Part shown: positions 41,002-53,440 of the stretch, piece after piece
Layout: every line of letters starts with the position of its first letter
How positions within the stretch are numbered: the stretch's first letter is position 1
Assembly (NCBI GenBank): GCA_028534125.1
Contig: CM052817.1
Coordinates: 58,468,001-58,532,000 of the forward strand
DNA: 64,000 nucleotides
Origin: Lama glama
Taxonomy: Eukaryota
Direction: 5' to 3'
Notes under the pieces: model-generated
Told to the model about the DNA's origin: nothing
Database searches by the model: none
What the model saw: only the letters and a program-made list of their open reading frames with translations
Program-made: the position numbers and the translations under genes

Positions 41002-41049
41002 AAGGTGTCAGTACACTAAATAAGTAAGGTGTCAGTGCACTAAATAAGT
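41002..41049. repeat. 24-bp tandem duplication
   Basis: aaggtgtcagt(a/g)cactaaataagt x2, one mismatch. Confidence 0.95.
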
Positions 41050-41452
41050 AGTTCCTATGACAGATAATAGCATCAATCCTTTGTAACTGGCATGATTTTG
41101 TATTTTGTTAGTCATTTGGGCCATTATATTGGGAAGTTTCCAAGTGATTTGAAGAATAAATGTGGGTGGGAAGAAAATTTCTCACTATCAAAATGATAGG
41201 GCCAGTTATAAACAAATGAGAAAAAAAATCAGGAAAATAGTTTCATTTTTTCTTCCTGGTAAGGAAAAATTCTTTAATCACTCTATGGTTTATGTCAAGA
41301 TATGTATTTTCCCATTAAGCTTGTCTGTCATACTAAAAATAGAATTACAGCAGAACTTTTGAAGTAGCTTGCTAGAAAATTCCTTTCACACAAGGGATCC
41401 GAGTGACAAAAATGCAGAGCCAATTTACCATAGTAGTTTAAGTCAAATGTTT

Positions 41453-41479
41453 TATTTTTTTTTTATTTTATTGAAGCAT
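41453..41479 (-). mobile_element. Minimal L1 insertion (A-rich tail plus about 10 nt of L1 end) with 12-bp TSD
   Basis: agtcaaatgttt at 41441-41452 and 41480-41491 flank tatttttttttattttattgaagcat, matching the L1 terminus ttttattgaagtatagtc. Confidence 0.7.
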
Positions 41480-43384
41480 AGTCAAATGTTTCAAATACCA
41501 ATTGCAACTCTCAAGTTTCTCAAGGTGAAACGTTCAAGAATATATTTAATGTAATGGTCATGAGTTTTGCTGTTAATTTTACTCAAAAGCTTTATTATTT
41601 TGATACTTATGGAGTGAGAAAGATTCACAAATCTCAGTGCAACTTTATCTAAATGTTACTAAATTTTAAATTATAAAGACTTGGGTAGCATTTATAAGCA
41701 GCAAGGCAAGTACAAATATTACTGAGCAATTCTACCAAAGACTTGTGGAGTTGACACAGACAGGGTAAAGTGTATATGAATGTGCTCAGTGGAGATTACA
41801 TTGTCTTTGTTTTTTGTTTGCGGTAGTTATGGTGATTAATGAACCACTGTGTGGGGCCTCAGTATTTTACCCTTTGTGTGTGTGCGTATGTGGAGTTAAG
41901 GGACTATCTTTTTTGATATAAAGCATGTTTCTTCAGAAACAATAATAATTCATAGTGTTGGGAGACAGAGAGCTATATATTCTAAAGTACATGACTTGTA
42001 TTATCTCATGAGCTCTGCTGATGCAGGAAGAGGAGAGCACCTGATCCTAGCTCTGCCCTCCTGGCCTTTTTACAGGTTGTCTGTGCTAGAAGAACTATGA
42101 ATTCGTATCAGAGACTTTGCTCCTTTTCTTGTCAATTACATGGAATTTTTTTTTTTTTTTAGGTGAACTTGTCCAGAGATGCAGGAGTATTTTTGGCCCA
42201 TTCATAGTCTATTATTAAAAACACTGATATTCAAAATATTTAACAATTGTAAACTCCACACATCAACCAATTAAGAATGGTTTTGATTACTGTAGCCCAC
42301 TGTTTTTCACATAGAAATAAAATGTTTCAAGATAAATGGATTTGGTTTTTGTATGTGAAAGAATATTAGTTATTTTTCAGTATCAATTACTGAGAAGTTA
42401 ATAATCGTGGTGAGCCTCTTGAGGTCAGTGACGAAATCCTATTAATCTCTGTAACATCAGCTACTATTGGTCTGTTGGACACAGTGTGGATGTTTCCCAT
42501 AACTGTGAAGTAATACCATCATTCTCTCTCTTGTTGGAATTAAGAATGGATCCGAACCTTTGAAGTATAAAACAAATGGCTAATTTTATATTCTAAATAC
42601 ATTTTTGCATATGGCCACTTCTTACTATCTGAGATGGCAATGATCCTTCCATGTGTAAATGTTGAGCAGTAATCCTCAGAACCTCAGTAATTTCTGGAAA
42701 TTAATCATAGAACTTCACACTGGTATGGTTTCTGAAAGATTTTCCAGTCTTTATTGATGTTTAGATACATGATTGGACAAACAGGTTCAAAGAAGCAGCA
42801 ACCTAATTAAAAGGGATTATAAAACTGTTAGTTTAATTATTTTATTGTAAGAGTGCTGGGAAATTTCAAGCTGTGGTTGGCAGTCCTGCAATACATAACA
42901 ATCCACCGTGCAGAAAATTTCCTGTGTACAAATGAGAATTGTAGGCATAGATTATTGCAAAGAATTATGTTTTGTTCACTCACTCATTATTGTATTCATT
43001 TATTCCACTTCAGTTATGCAATTATTTACTGAGTCAGCCTAATATGTGCCAGACACCAGGCTTGTTCACAACTGAAACCTGGTAAATCTTTAAAAATTCT
43101 ATTATAACTAAAATGCTGTTACACGTAACATGAATTCTAATTTTTATATTTCATTTTATTCTTCTTAGTCTTAGAGAAAATAGCATGAAAGACACTAAAA
43201 GAAAATAAAAAACCTTTAAGAATAACTTTATAGTTCACTACAAGTTGTGTGTAATTAAAATGCATCAGTCATATCAGATATATTTTAAAAGTGAAAATAT
43301 AAATGATTCTTGGTGTAATTGTAGGTATGACTTGTTTTTCAATTTCTGTTTTTTGTTCATTTGCTTGCTTATTTTTCACATGAG

Positions 43385-43870
43385 ATGCAGCATCTTGTAG
43401 TGATTTAGAGCTTGAGTGCATTGCCTGCATTCAAATCGCAGCTCTGTCCCTTGTTTGCTCTGTCCCCATCAGCATGTAACTTAACCTCTTTGAGACTCAA
43501 ATCCCTCAGCTGTGAAGTGGAGATTATAATAACTCAAAGAGTTGTTATGAGTATTAAATGGCTTAGCATATGTAAAGGCCTTACATGACTACCTGAGATA
43601 CATTAATTATTATATATTTGCACACAATATGGTTAGTAGGGGAAAAAGTCTTATCTTGCTTATGTACTTAGGTTGAATCCTCTCAGGTCTACTTCTTAAT
43701 AGCTATTTAATTTAGAAAAATTACCTGTCTGGGTCTCTTTCCTGGTATGTAAAATTAAGATACTCATTATATCTACCTATTGGTCTTGTTCAGTGTTTGA
43801 ATGAATTAGCACACATGAAATGGTTAGCACAGTACTTGGCCCATAGTCAGTCCTCAAAAGATGTTAGCTA
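43385..43870 (+). mobile_element. Two tandem MIR SINEs
   Basis: ttcaaatcgcagctctg...aacttaacctctttgagactcaa..ctcagctgtgaagtggag...gttgttatgagtattaaatg; second copy ends ttagcacagtacttggcccatagtcagtcctcaaaagatgttagcta. Confidence 0.75.
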
Positions 43871-45411
43871 TGGCTGTTTATCTATTATTTAATTATAAAT
43901 GTAAGGTGGGGATAGTATTTACTATCTTATCACTTCAAAAGACAATGGTAATCAATGTGAAGACAAGTGAACAATGGTGTGATGCAAAAAATGTGTTTTC
44001 TTTACTAATTATCCAATACTTTATAAATTAAATTATAGTATTAGTGAATAATCAGATGGATAAAATTAACTGAAGATAAATGTATTTTTTTATTCGCATC
44101 ATTTCCTGACGTTGGTGGCTGGCTCCAAGGCAACTCTGTTTTTTCTCAATTTAGGTTGCCAAGTGACCTTGTCATATAATTCAGTAAATAATATACATAG
44201 AACCTATAGAAATTGAGCATAAGTCCTAAACTATTATTTCATAAATATCCTGAGCTATGTTATAATGTTAATTGTCATTATTGTGTAGGCCCCTTGGTTT
44301 TAACAAATGGAAACAAATTTAGACAAGCACATGAAAAATGATTATTTTCTTAAGCTCCTCTTTTCATACCTTTTTTAGATCTGCCTGATAGACGTGTTTG
44401 GAAAATTATTAATCTTAATATCTTTTCTGTATATATACATTCAATCTAAGCATGTTAAATTATTTTTAAAATGCATTATTTAAAAATAATTGTTGAAAAA
44501 CAATATTTATGACTGAACAAATGATATTCCCTGAGGACCCTATTACTATAAATGTCATATGTTAGGTTAAAAGAAAGAGAAAAATCTATAAAAGTAACAG
44601 ATATTCTTGAACTGTTAATTTTGGCCTAAAGTTCCAAACTGTGAGTCACCACTTATACCAAAAGCATTTGTAGATGAAATAAGAAATGAATCTTTTATGT
44701 ATTATACAGCCTGGAGACACCACCAAAATAACCAAAGTTAGCAATTTTAATAAAGAAAATAATAATAATGATAATAATTGTTCATTATCAAGTAGAACAA
44801 AATAAATATGTTTTTTCATACATTACTATGCTAAAATTTTAATGATTATTTGATAAGCATGCTAATTACATATGGAGTTCTGCATTTCACATTTATTTCA
44901 CTATTTTCACATAAAATCCTGTGCATACTAGTCAATCCGGAAATGGCCATTGTTTGATTAGGTAAATTAAAATAACAGAAATTATTTTATCTCAAGTTTT
45001 GGTTTCATAATTTTTTCCTCCCAGTTAATTTTTAAGCATATTTTTATAAAATCTCTATATAAAATTTCTTTCAGTGATTTCTTTTGACTTTCAGCATTTT
45101 TAAAAGAGTTAAAAATGTAAACACTTATCATGTGTAATAAAGTGTAAACATTGTTACCATATTTAATAGAAGTTCTAGTTGGCGAAAAAATTCTATAACA
45201 GTGATTGTCATTGAATCTTACCACTACATATACAATTGACCCATTCCATAATTTCGACAAAGGTTTCAGAATTTTCAAAGATTAATATGAGGAGATAATG
45301 GAGTCATAAAGAAAAATCTTTCTAGCTCACTACTGACATTGATCAACAGCTTGGAAAATACTGCTCTGAATATGCTGTATAGTAATTTTTGTTCATTTTT
45401 TGTCTTGTTAG

Positions 45412-45619
45412 GAACCTGTCCCTGAAATTAACAAAAGACAATGATCAGGAAGCCAGGTTTTCCCATATGAGCCGAATGCCCAGCAGTCCATCTGCAGATT
45501 GGCCCCTGCAAGGTGTGGAGGAAAACGGAGGCTTAGATTCTCTACCATTCAGACTTATGTTACAGGACTGCACAGCCGTCAAGACCTTATTATTAAAGAT
45601 GAAGAGAGTTCTTCAAGAG
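45412..45619 (+). CDS. CCSER1: Internal coding exon (208 bp, phase 2 in, phase 0 out) of coiled-coil serine-rich protein 1 (FAM190A)
   Basis: Acceptor tttttgttcattttttgtcttgttag ends at 45411; donor GAG|GTAATG at 45620. Open frame encodes SSPSADWPLQGVEENGGLDSLPFRLMLQDCTAVKTLLLKMKRVLQE, matching the mammalian CCSER1 protein as I recall it. Neighbouring exons are not in the window. Confidence 0.93.
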
Positions 45620-45659
45620 GTAATGGTTTTCTCTAAGATTAATGTCTTTCAGTGCTGGT

Positions 45660-45828
45660 AGAAAGGGAAGTCTGTAGACCTAGTTAGTCCCAACTTATGT
45701 CAGTAATTGTATAACTTGGGGCAGGGCTCACACATCCTCATGGAGCTTAGTTTTTCTCATATGTCAAATGAAGGGTTTGTAGCTCCGGTTTATAAGGTAC
45801 TCTTCAGCTCAAAAATTCTAAGATTCTG
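45660..45828 (+). mobile_element. MIR3-like SINE just downstream of the exon
   Basis: agacctagttagtcc...tgtataacttggggcag...gagcttagtttttctcatatgtcaaatgaaggg...cttcagctcaaaaattctaagattct. Confidence 0.65.
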
Positions 45829-46713
45829 CAAAGGAATCTAAAAAGGAAAAAAAATGATACCAAGCCTGGGAAAAGTCAGGTAAAGAGAAATGGGCAGCAG
45901 CTATTACGTTATGTTTATATGTTACTATAAAGCTATTGAGAGACCTATTAAATGGACTTCACCTTAGTGATACTGAGCTTCTGTGTGATACCATAAAAGT
46001 AGTTTATTTACTCACTTTTGTCCCAATAACAATTAATCTAGTAAAACTTTATCTGAATGTTTGACTGATTTTGCCCATTAAATACAGCTGCCCTCTTGCA
46101 GCTTGTGCTGTTAGATGATGAGCAAGTCAGGAAAATGTACAGTGAAGTCTTCCATCTTTATGTCCAGGAATCAGCCATTCTTTAGGATTCAAGTGTGTTA
46201 TATATATATATTTTTCTAGTTTCAAGTTATTTTCATTGAAGGATTTCTATAAAAAGTGTATACAGTATTATCTCAAAGATACAAAGTGAGGGGACAGAAA
46301 TTTTAAATGATTTTCCTCGAGTGGGTGTGAATTCAGGACAACAGCCTGAGATTTCTGACTCCCAGTTGATTGACATTTTATTATATGCCATTATCATTTA
46401 ATTGGTTTCTTGTTATTGATAAAAGATATTAGTAAATAATGTGAGAACAGAAAAATATAACTATTAAGTATGATTAGTATTATGGCTCCCTTACAATGAT
46501 GGTCATTGTAACACTGATGATAGTAATGACACTAGCAGCTACCACTAGAGGCCAGAATAGAATCAGGCAGAGAGAAGAGAATTTAAGAGAAATGATTGTC
46601 ATAACTGCTGAGGGCATCCAGTCATGTGTTCTGATCAGTTGTTAAGGTGAAAATTGGAAGAGATCTCTGCATCCCTTACCAGCTTATGTCGCTGGGGTAA
46701 TCTAGAATCTATA

Positions 46714-47110
46714 CAGTGGTGTGTAGGAGTCGTGTGCGTATACTTGACCACTGTTAGAATTTCAGGAATTTGATGAGCTGGCAGTTAAACACAGGCATAA
46801 AAAACTTAAATTATATATATTTTAAATGACCCAAATTACATTTTTAAAAGGATAGTCAATACTCAATACTTTACATTTCCAATTTATTTTACTATATTTT
46901 ACTATTAGCCACACCTGTGAGCTTATTTGCATCTATTGGATCTATATCTTGAAAATACTATGTAACAGCTATCCAATTGTAGATTCATTTTTGGCATTTT
47001 GGTAGCTTGAAATCAGCCACATGGGAGTATTATGCCACAGAAATTGGCAAACAATACAAGGTAGGGCTTTTAATTTTTGGTGAGCTGTTAAATATTTAAC
47101 AGTACACCTC
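46714..47110. mobile_element. MER63B-like hAT-Blackjack MITE
   Basis: cagtggtgtg...aatttcaggaattt..gagctggcagttaaacacag...cttgaaatcagcca..gggagtatt..ccacagaaattggcaaaca...taaatatttaacagtacacc. Confidence 0.72.
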
Positions 47111-48529
47111 TATACACCTGACTATATGGTTTCTATATTGACAGCACTAGCATTTTTTTCTGCACATGCCAAATCTCCCCGATCTTTTGCTTGACATGCA
47201 GTCTGAACCCCTTTGAACAAGGCAACTTAATAACAGCTTGTTAAATTAAAATATATTAATCTCAAAGTCTGTAACATTCAGCTATTCAGTTTTCTACCTC
47301 TCTCTTTGGTCTGGATTTTAATTGTATAAAATTGTCCAATACAAGTAAAAGAGAAGTAGGAAGAATTGATAGAAAGTGTCAAGGGGCTTTTTAATAGTAC
47401 TTAGTTTTATAATTTAAAAATTGTTACTGATATGCACTATAGAGTCAATATTCAGAATATATTCAGATTGTTTTTACATTTACATCTGTTTTTCTTCATT
47501 AAAGAGTATTTGAAGAAACTGAAGAGAATTGACTTTTAAAGCTGATGTAAAATGAGCAATAATTACATCTGTTTGTTAAGCCCATTCAGGGACCAGGGGT
47601 CTTACTCTTTACAGTCAGCAAGAAAAGCAATATTAGTTTATGATTAGCATAGACAAGTGTTCTAGTAATAAGATATGCATAATAGGTGCTGGTAAAGAAA
47701 ACTGAAATATTCTCTAAGCCAAGAGTTTTAAAACAACAACATATTTCATTACTAAATTTAATTACAACTGCTCATTTTAGATTAATAATACCTTTTTAAT
47801 ATAAAAATTATTGTTTATTTCTGTTATCTTATTTTTATGACGTATAGTAGTCCACTTTTGTGTATGATAAAATTTTAACCACAGAAGATCCCAATTATTT
47901 TATTTTTAAGATAAAAAAGTAATTAATGGGTTTAGTGTGTCACACTAGAAAATGCTCTTATTTGAGATTTTTCCTAATGGTGCTCTGTTGACATCTTAGA
48001 TTTTAATTCCTGAGATGAGTCAAGTGTTAATAATCTGTATGGAATCTCATACTCCTAATTTTGTTCTCCCTTCTTTGGAGATCAGTTGTTATTACAACTA
48101 CAAGCATCAACTCCTTTATTAAAAAAAAATAATAAATACTGGATTTGGGCCAAAAGAAATTCTATTGTCACTTTACTTTTTAGTATTAGTGATTTTATAA
48201 AAAAGTAACTATAGCAAGGAGGAACTATGTACATTTTTTTCTTCCTCTTTTGTTAATTTTTTTCATAATTCCATTATCTAGAAAAGAAAATATTTAGTGT
48301 GTTATCTACAGAAATAGTTTCTGTTCTAATGTTTCCTTTCAGTTTTCTCTGTTCTCTTTTTGTTGTTATCTTATTAAAAAATTTGTTTGTACTATATGGT
48401 AACTGACCAAGAAGATTTTCTTTTATAAAGTTGTAATAGCAACTGATCTCCAAAGAAGGGGGAACAAAATTAAGAAAATGAGATAAACAACAAGGTCATA
48501 AGGTATAGCTCAGGGAACTATATTTATTA

Positions 48530-50460
48530 TTAAGCAAAATTTCAGAAGATTTGAACATTATTAACTTCTTCAATAATGACTAACTTACTTTTATATAACA
48601 GAATTGTACAATCTTTGCAGTGCATATGAATCATCAAGACAAGAGTATATGCTGGGTCATAAAAATGTCTCAATAAATTTCAAAGATAGGCATCTATGAA
48701 ATACATTTTTTGAGAACAATGGAATTAAATTAGAAATCAAGAATGATTTAACTAGGAAGAACTAGAAAAACATCAACTACTTGGAAATTAAACAACAAAC
48801 TTCTACATAACCAATGGATCAATTTAGAAACCTCAAGGAAATTTTAAAGTGTTTCAAATGAGATGATAAAAATAATACAACAAATCAAAATTTGTGGTTA
48901 TAGATGAAGCCATGCTTGGAGGGAAATTTATACCTGTAAAAGTTTATAATTCAAATTATAAATAATTAATAATCTAATTTTCTCCTAAAAAAGCTAGAAA
49001 AATAAAGGGCAAATTAAACCTAAAGGAAGTAATAAAAATAAATATAAAGAAGAAAATTAATGAAAATGAAAACATACAACTAACAGAAAATTTACAAACT
49101 GCACAAACTGTAGAAGAAAAACACTGAAGAAAATAAGAACACAAATTACTAATATCAGTGATGAATTGAGGGAGGAATAATCACTACAAATCTTACGGAC
49201 ATAAAAAGGATAACAAGGGAATGTTATAAAAAGCAGTATGGCAATAAATATGACAATATAGATGGAAATCACAAATCCCTTGGTAAGTACAACTTTCCAT
49301 AGTGACATAAGAAGAAATTAAAAATCAGAATAGTCCAACTTCTATTAAAGAAATATATTTTATTATTAGAAAGAGAAAAAAAGAAAACAAAATCCCAATA
49401 TAGAAAATCCAAGTCCAGGAGCTTTCACTGGTGCTTTCTGTCAAATATTTAAGAAAGACTTAAGACTAATACGCAAAATAGTTCAGTAAGTAAAGGAGCA
49501 GAATATGCTTCTTAGTTTGTTCGATGTGGCCAGCATAGGCCTATTATAATAATTTGTCAAAATCTTCATAAGTAAAAGGAAATTATAGAAAAATTCCTCC
49601 AGTATGTATACATAGATGCAAAAGTCTTAAAATTAGTAAATAAAAGTCAGCAATATATAAACATATAATGACCTAGTTGGGCCTATTGCAAGAATACAAG
49701 GTTTGTTTAACATTCAAAAACCAATCAATGCATTATGGTTACCAGGGGGAGAAGGGCGTGGGGAGAGATAAATTGAGAGTTCGGGATTTGCAGATACCAA
49801 CTACTATGTATTAAATAGATAAACAACAAGGTCATACTGTATAGCTCAGGGAACTATATTTAATATCTTGTAATAACCTATATTGAAAAAATATGAAAAG
49901 GAATATGTATATAATTGAATCACTATGCTGTACACCAGAAACTAACACAACATTATAAATTGACTATACTTCAATTTTAAAAAGAACAAAAAATTAGTTC
50001 AATTCACTATATGAATAAATTAAAAGAAAAAAGATGTATGGTCATATTAATAGGTGAATAAAACACATTTGAAAAAAATCAAACATCAATTTATGGTTAA
50101 AAAAGAGAAAAACTCAGCACATTAGTAGTAGAAAGGAACTTCTGTTCCTGCAGTTAAGATCCATATTTAATGATGCAAAACTGAAGTTTCTGGCTAATAT
50201 TATTAGCAAGGCAAAAAAGTCCACTTTCTCCACTTGTAATGAACATTGTGCTGGATGTCCCAACTAGAAATAAACCAGATAAAACACAAAAAGCATAAAT
50301 ACTGGAAAGAAAAGGTAAAACTACCTCTATCAGCAGATACATGGTTGTTTATATAGACATCTCTAAGGAATCTGCAAGAAAGGTAATAATAAACCTAATA
50401 GGAATAATAAGTGAATTTAGCGAGGTTGAAGGATACAAAGATACAAGGTTATAATAAAAT
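48530..50460 (+). mobile_element. Old L1M ORF2 (endonuclease to RT region), sense orientation, heavily degraded
   Basis: A-rich; aacaatggaattaaattagaaatcaa, ttggaaattaaacaacaaacttcta, caagaatacaaggtttgtttaacattcaaaaa, gcagatacatggttgtttatataga. Confidence 0.85.
49735..49985 (+). mobile_element. Younger L1 3' end inserted in the old L1
   Basis: tatggttaccagggggagaagg...gatttgcagatacc...agggaactatatt...aatcactatgctgtacaccagaaactaacacaacatt..gactatacttcaatttta(A-rich). Confidence 0.88.
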
Positions 50461-50479
50461 TGTGTATTGATTCATAGAA

Positions 50480-51540
50480 AATTATCTAGTAGACTCAAAC
50501 AAACATCTGCTGTCTCATAGTTTTTGTGGTTAGGAATTTGAGAGCAGTTTACACACTGCTTCTGGCTGAAAGCCTTTCATAGAGTTGCACTCTAGATGTC
50601 AGCCGCGATTGCAGTCAAGAAAGTTTGGACTTGAGGATTAACAGAATGTGCCAGGAGGATTCAGTTTTTCACTACCGGTGGTCAGAGTCTCAGTGCCTCA
50701 CCACATGAACATCTTCATTGAGTGACATAGCACCTGGCTTCCCCCAGAGTATGCAATCCAAGAGAGAGAATAAGACAAAGTGAATGATGTCTTTTATAAC
50801 CTAGTCTCAAGAGTAACATACCATCACTTTCGTGAAATTTATTGGTTGTAAAGACCAACCTTGTTTCAGGTGGGAGAGCACTATAGAAAGCCTGGATACC
50901 GCGAGGTGAGGAACATTGTGACCCTTTTTACCCAAAGTACAGTATTCCACCTTTGGCCCCCAGGGATGCATTTCTTACAGTCCAAAGTACAGAATCTCGT
51001 TATGCAAAACATGTACAGTTGTAGATATACCTTTAGTGTAGCAACCAAAGTACAGTTCTCCATTTGAAGACCTTGGAACTAATGCATAGGTTAGTAGTTC
51101 CTTGATTTGGACTCAAAGCCTGGGAATAATTCTACATGGCTTTTAGTTACATCCTCTTTACTCTTGGTACTACCCTTCAAATTATCCTTTCCTTTCTTAT
51201 AAAGTTAGCACATGTTTGAAGCTGAATAAGTTTTCTCATTCTTATTTGTGCTTGTCAACATTGTTCTCCAAAGTCCTCTTTTAATTTTGTATTGTCTTTC
51301 TTTAATTCTGAACTGTGAAGTGTTTCTGTGAAAAGAGTTCTCTTAAATTCTTTTATTCTTTTTAGATCTATTGTGAACCTTATTAGGGATTCAGTCCATT
51401 AGGCAAAGCCACATCCACAAATCTCTTCAAGAGAAGCCCTTCTCTAGCTTGAAATAGCTGATGGACAACCCCTTTAATCTTTTAAAGTTTAAATTATATG
51501 GTTGAGAGCATCTGTGAGACCTTCCCTAAAACCTTCAGCA
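50480..51540 (-). mobile_element. MaLR LTR (MLT1F/G-like, about 50480-50920) plus adjacent probable MLT1 internal sequence
   Basis: tctcatagtttttgtggttaggaatttgagagcag...cttttataacctagtctcaagagtaacataccatcactt; then agtattccacctttggccccca..atgcaaaac, typical of the MaLR-int junction. Confidence 0.65.
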
Positions 51541-52774
51541 GAGGGTGGCTGAACCAGGTACCCTGCAGCACTATTTTTCATCTCTCAGAATACCTCTACA
51601 TCTACTAAATAAATTTCTAAGATAATAAAATGCATTATTCAGATGTTTACATCTGAATTGGTATAGTTTTTGCATAAATTTAATTTTTATCAACGCTTGT
51701 GAAATTATATACTTAATATAACAACACAGGAAGTGTCATCATATAACTGGTAGCACCACTGTCAATGCTTCCATTATGTGGAATTTCTCTTCTTCCCTTG
51801 GGAGGCCTGTATGTGAGCTATGACCACTTATAGACTAAGTTAGAGCACTGTTATCAGTTCTTACAAATTGTTATTAGAGCTTAATTTTCTTCTCAATTTT
51901 AGAATAACATAAGTTAAAAAGATCAACAATATAGCACATAAAATGATTGAGTATATACTCCCTGAGGAAACCTCTAGCCTAGATAATAGCATAACGTAGA
52001 CTTACTGAGAAAGGATAGGTTTCTGAATAAGAATATTCTGCCCATAGGAGGTCTGGCTTTTTAATGAGACTATAAAACTTGATCTGGAAACATAAGATAG
52101 GGAGGAAAGTGTATTTCCATGACTCTTTTACTATGTAAGCAACCTTAACTTTCAACAGTCCTCTGGGAGAGATTAGAGAAGGTAGAAAAAAAGTATTGCC
52201 TAATCTTTAGCCCCGTTTCACTCACAAAGTCCCACTGGAGGACATATATTAGAATGGTAACAATTTCCGGTGTTTAAAACTACTGAGATCTAGGTGTGAT
52301 TCTCACTTCGGCCACTAAATAGTTACTGCAAGTTAAGGTATTTGAGTCTCTATTTCATCATATGCAACATTATTAACTATCTTTTAGAATTATTTGGACA
52401 ATTAAACAATAAAATGTATATAACAGATTAGCACAGTGAGAGTGTGAGGTAAATACCCTTGAATATGAGCTACTGCAATGATCTCATTTGTTTAATTATT
52501 ACTGATTGTGTTAAGCAAAGGCAGAAAATATTTGAGATTTGCGAAACACTTGGAAATATATCAGTAAATGTTTTTAATAGGACAATGTGCTGTATTTACT
52601 GAGTAATATTTCAATATTAAATTTGTAAATAAAGGCTATACTAGCTGGAACTAAAAATTGAAGTATTATTGCCATTTATGCTTTTCTGGGTATTCAGTTG
52701 TGCTAGCACATTTGACCTGATATTTCTTTACTGAAGAACTAATGTATGCCAATTGAATTTCCTATGTGCATTCC

Positions 52775-52810
52775 CTCTCTTTCTCTCTCTCTCTCTCTAT
52801 ATATATATAT
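52775..52810. repeat. (CT)n(AT)n compound microsatellite
   Basis: Directly visible. Confidence 0.9.
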
Positions 52811-52814
52811 GACA

Positions 52815-53440
52815 GGTTTCTCCAGTTGAGGAATAATGGTGACATACCATGGTAGTAGAGGTTGAGACAGAAAAAAGATGTGTGATGTGTTTTGGAAGTA
52901 ATGTCAACAGTCATTGCTGTGAATTGGAATCAAGTGGTGATAGAGAAAAAGAAGGGGTAACTGAGGGCTGTCCTTTGAGTAATGGGCAGACATTATTGCC
53001 ATTTTCTGGGACTGGAAAGACTAGGAGAGGAGTAACCTGGGTGAGACATACAGGAAACAAGAGTTTTCTTTTGGCCAGGTTGAGATTAAGATGTTTATTT
53101 AGACATACAAGTGCACATGTCAAATGGAAATTTGAATTAATATGGCTACAAATTCAGAAATATCAGGGCTGGAAATACAGATTGAGTATTCATGATTATA
53201 TGGATTCTATTTAAATCTATGGAAAAGTGAGTTTGTACCTAAAACCAGAACGAGATGCTCCAATATTTAATGATCAGAAAATCAGGAAAAAATGTGACCA
53301 ATGAAAAGGAAAGAACACGAAGAGTGTAATATCAAGAAGTCAAGAGAAAACATTGCTTTAAGAAAGCCAACTTAAGAAATGATGCTAAGAAGTATGATAA
53401 GAAAAGAAAAGATAAACAGTCAAGGGATTTGGCAATCCAT
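52815..53440 (-). mobile_element. L2 fragment
   Basis: ggtagtagaggttgaga...tttggaagta...gagttttcttttggccaggttgagattaagatgtttattagacatacaagtg...ggatttggcaa. Confidence 0.75.

Noticed and set aside
45389..45661. Stand-alone 90-aa gene
   Set aside because: TTG start and both ends are intronic; only 45412-45619 lies between splice sites and resembles CCSER1.
52849..53214. 121-aa ORF
   Set aside because: Lies within L2 debris.
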